Positions 62,058-64,000 of a DNA stretch of 64,000 bases are shown in pieces. The DNA is taken from NCBI GenBank assembly GCA_963823935.1, contig CAWGNM010000011.1, positions 34,724-98,723 on the forward strand, written 5' to 3'. Each line of letters starts with the position of its first letter. Positions within the stretch are counted from its first letter, which is position 1. Both the position numbers and the translations under genes were made by a program. This stretch comes from an uncultured Acidobacteriota bacterium (GTDB lineage Bacteria; Acidobacteriota; Terriglobia; Acidiferrales; UBA7541). The notes under the pieces were generated by a model. It worked only from the letters and a program-made list of their open reading frames with translations. It was not told the origin of the DNA and ran no database searches.

Positions 62058-64000
62058 ATGAGCAAGGTGATACGAACTCTTTCGCTGCTAGGGTGTGCCT
62101 GCTTGCTGGCTGGATTGCCGTTGTTTGCGCAGGTGAATTCCGGCCGTATTTTGGGAACCGTCACCGACCAAACGGGCGGCGTGATCGTGGGCGCCATGGT
62201 AACGGTGACGAACTCGGAGACCGGCGTGGCGCGAAATTTGACGACGGATCAGGCTGGCGAATACGTTGCGCCGAACTTGAATCCCGGCACATATACCATT
62301 CGCGCCTCGGCGAACGGGTTCCAGACTTTCCAGCGGCAGAACGTCGCGCTGGGACTGGGGCAGGATGCACGAGTTGATGCGCAGTTGGCTCCCGGCCAGG
62401 TGACGCAGACCGTGGAAGTGACGGCGAACGCGCTCCAGCTGGACACCACCAGCGCGGTGGTCAGCGGAACCTTGGGCACAGAGACCATCGCCGACCTCCC
62501 TATGAAGGCGCGCAATTTCCAGGATCTATTGTCGCTCCGTCCCGGCGTCGTACAAACACCAGGCGGCGGTACGCTGACCACCGCCGTGCACGGACTGGCC
62601 CCCTCACAAAACAACAACTTCATCGAGGGGCTTGATAGTAACGATCCGCTCACGGGGCAGAACATTACCAACACCACACTGCCTTGGGGCGATGCCGCCA
62701 CCATTCTTCCGGTCGATGCAATCCAGGAGCTAAACGTCGAGACCAATGCTCCCGCCGAATTCGGCCGCCGGCCCGGCGCCGTCATCAACGTCGGTTTAAA
62801 GACGGGAGGGAACGCGATTCACGGCTCGGCCTTCGCCTACGGCCGCGACAGCGCGTTGAACGCCAACGACTTTGTAAACCCTCTAGGAGGCCCTCCGTCG
62901 CTCAAGCAGCCGATGAATTTGGAGCAATGGGGAGGCACGTTCGGCGGGCCCATCATCAAGAACAAGCTTTTCTATTTCGGCGCCTTCGAGCGGGAGACTT
63001 ACAGCGTGGGCAACGCAGCCGCGTCACGACGCCCACCTCGTTTAACGACGGAGATCCGACCCAGAGCGTTCCGGCTGCCGAGGCCGCGTTGAACGCCCTA
63101 TGCCCTGGAGCCAGTTGGTGCGGGCAAGGAAGCGGCATCATCGACGGCGTCTCGGCCACGAGTGTGAATCCGCTCAGTGCGGCCATGTTGCAGTACTTCG
63201 GCCCAAATAATAACCCGGATTCCAACATAATCCTCGGTCCCGGCCAAGCCACAGCGTTTACGATCAATAATGGGGTCGGCAAAATGGATTACCACCCCAC
63301 CGACCACCACACGTTCACTGCGGCTACTTCTACGGTGGCGGCGATACGACCGGCGGCTATGACGCGAATTACACGTTGGCGCAGTTCGATAGCATCGGCA
63401 AGATGCGCGCCGAGTTCCTCACCACCAGTTGGACCTGGACCCCGAACTCCACATGGGTGAACGATGTGCGCTTCGGCTGGAATCACTACCTTCGCAATAC
63501 GCAGACCGGCGACTACCTGACGCCCGTCACCAGTTACGGGCTCAACACGGGCGTGAGCGACCCACAATTGCAAGGATTTCCCCTCATCACCATCGCCAAT
63601 TTCGGCTCCTCGGCCGGTGGCGGTCCCAAGTCGCCGAGAAACTTCGGCCCAGGGAACGATTACGATTTCGTGGATCACGTTTCCTATCTGCGTGGCAAAC
63701 ACGCCTTTAAATTCGGCGGGGAGATGCTTTACCTGCGTACCTTCTTCGACCAGATTCCCAACGGCCGGGGGACGTTTACCTTCACTGGCGGCACCCAATG
63801 TCATCCCTAACGGTACCGCTTATTACAACGGCATCGTGAATAACCCGCTTGGCACCAATATAACCGACTTGGAGGCTTATCTTGCCGGCCTTCCCGATCT
63901 TAGTTCAGGCGGATCTCTTCTGGAAGGCAGCCCCGCTCGCACCTACACGCAGTGGGACTATTCGGGTTTCTTCGAGGATTCCTGGCGGGTGACGTCGAAA
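62058..64000 (+). pseudogene. CarboxypepD_reg + plug + TonB-dependent receptor paralog B, 3' end outside window; frame broken at least 3 times
   Basis: The frame is intact for 346 aa: MSKVIRTLSLLGCACLLAGLPLFAQVNSGRILGTVTDQTGGVIVGAMVTVTNSETGVARNLTTDQAGEYVAPNLNPGTYTIRASANGFQTFQRQNV...ADLPMKARNFQDLLSLRPGVVQTPGGG...ELNVETNAPAEFGRRPG...KNKLFYFGAFERETYSVGNA. It then continues in other frames (WTWTPNSTWVNDVRFGWNHY...YDFVDHVSYLRGKHAFKFGGEM...), with breaks near 63020, 63330 and 63800. Confidence 0.8.

Noticed and set aside
1-64000. Programmed ribosomal frameshifting as the explanation for the broken frames
   Set aside because: There are far too many sites, in unrelated housekeeping genes, in both +1 and -1 directions. 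I saw no shared slippery heptamer or downstream structure. Sister repeats show the breaks to be simple 1-nt indels.
1-64000. tRNA, rRNA, tmRNA, SRP RNA, RNase P or riboswitch genes
   Set aside because: Scanning the intergenic regions by eye, I recognised no cloverleaf-like acceptor/T-arm sequences or conserved RNA motifs. A covariance-model scan is needed to be certain.

Overview
High-GC segment (over 60% by eye). It is probably from an Acidobacteriota chromosome, inferred from three CarboxypepD_reg/TonB-dependent-receptor-like paralogs and a TIGR03436-type VWA protein. I support about 50 protein-coding loci. They are: ETF-QO (5' partial); a Big_2/beta-propeller lipoprotein; a SAM methyltransferase; a tandem USP; a polysaccharide deacetylase; a TBDR-like barrel plus VWA pair; a beta-helix protein; a PAS hybrid histidine kinase plus response regulator; a gnd-zwf-sugar porter cluster; sodC; a lower-GC islet of small Cys-rich ORFs; pntAA-pntAB-pntB; a degenerate GGDEF membrane protein; a 4.1-kb secreted esterase/lectin-repeat protein with three near-identical ~860-bp tandem modules; a complete Rrf2-sufBCDSUT operon; htrA; serA; yqeY; an orphan molybdopterin oxidoreductase large subunit; an Ig-repeat protein plus LuxR regulator bracketed by ~110-bp direct repeats; an ABC ATPase; an OPT transporter; a DUF6152 pair; an O-methyltransferase; pal; and two tandem TBDR paralogs, the last running off the window. 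I recognised no rRNA, tRNA, CRISPR array, transposase, integrase or phage structural gene. About 40 single-nucleotide frame breaks interrupt otherwise clear genes. They are clustered in some loci and absent from others, so many loci are listed as pseudogene. That label means only that the frame is broken in this sequence, and assembly indels are an equally good explanation. The findings I rank highest are the esterase/lectin tandem-repeat protein, the plug-less Gly-rich TBDR-like barrel coupled to a VWA protein, the repeat-bracketed 3-kb segment, the small-ORF islet, and the IscR-like operators upstream of the suf operon. All domain calls come from reading motifs by eye. No database search was run.
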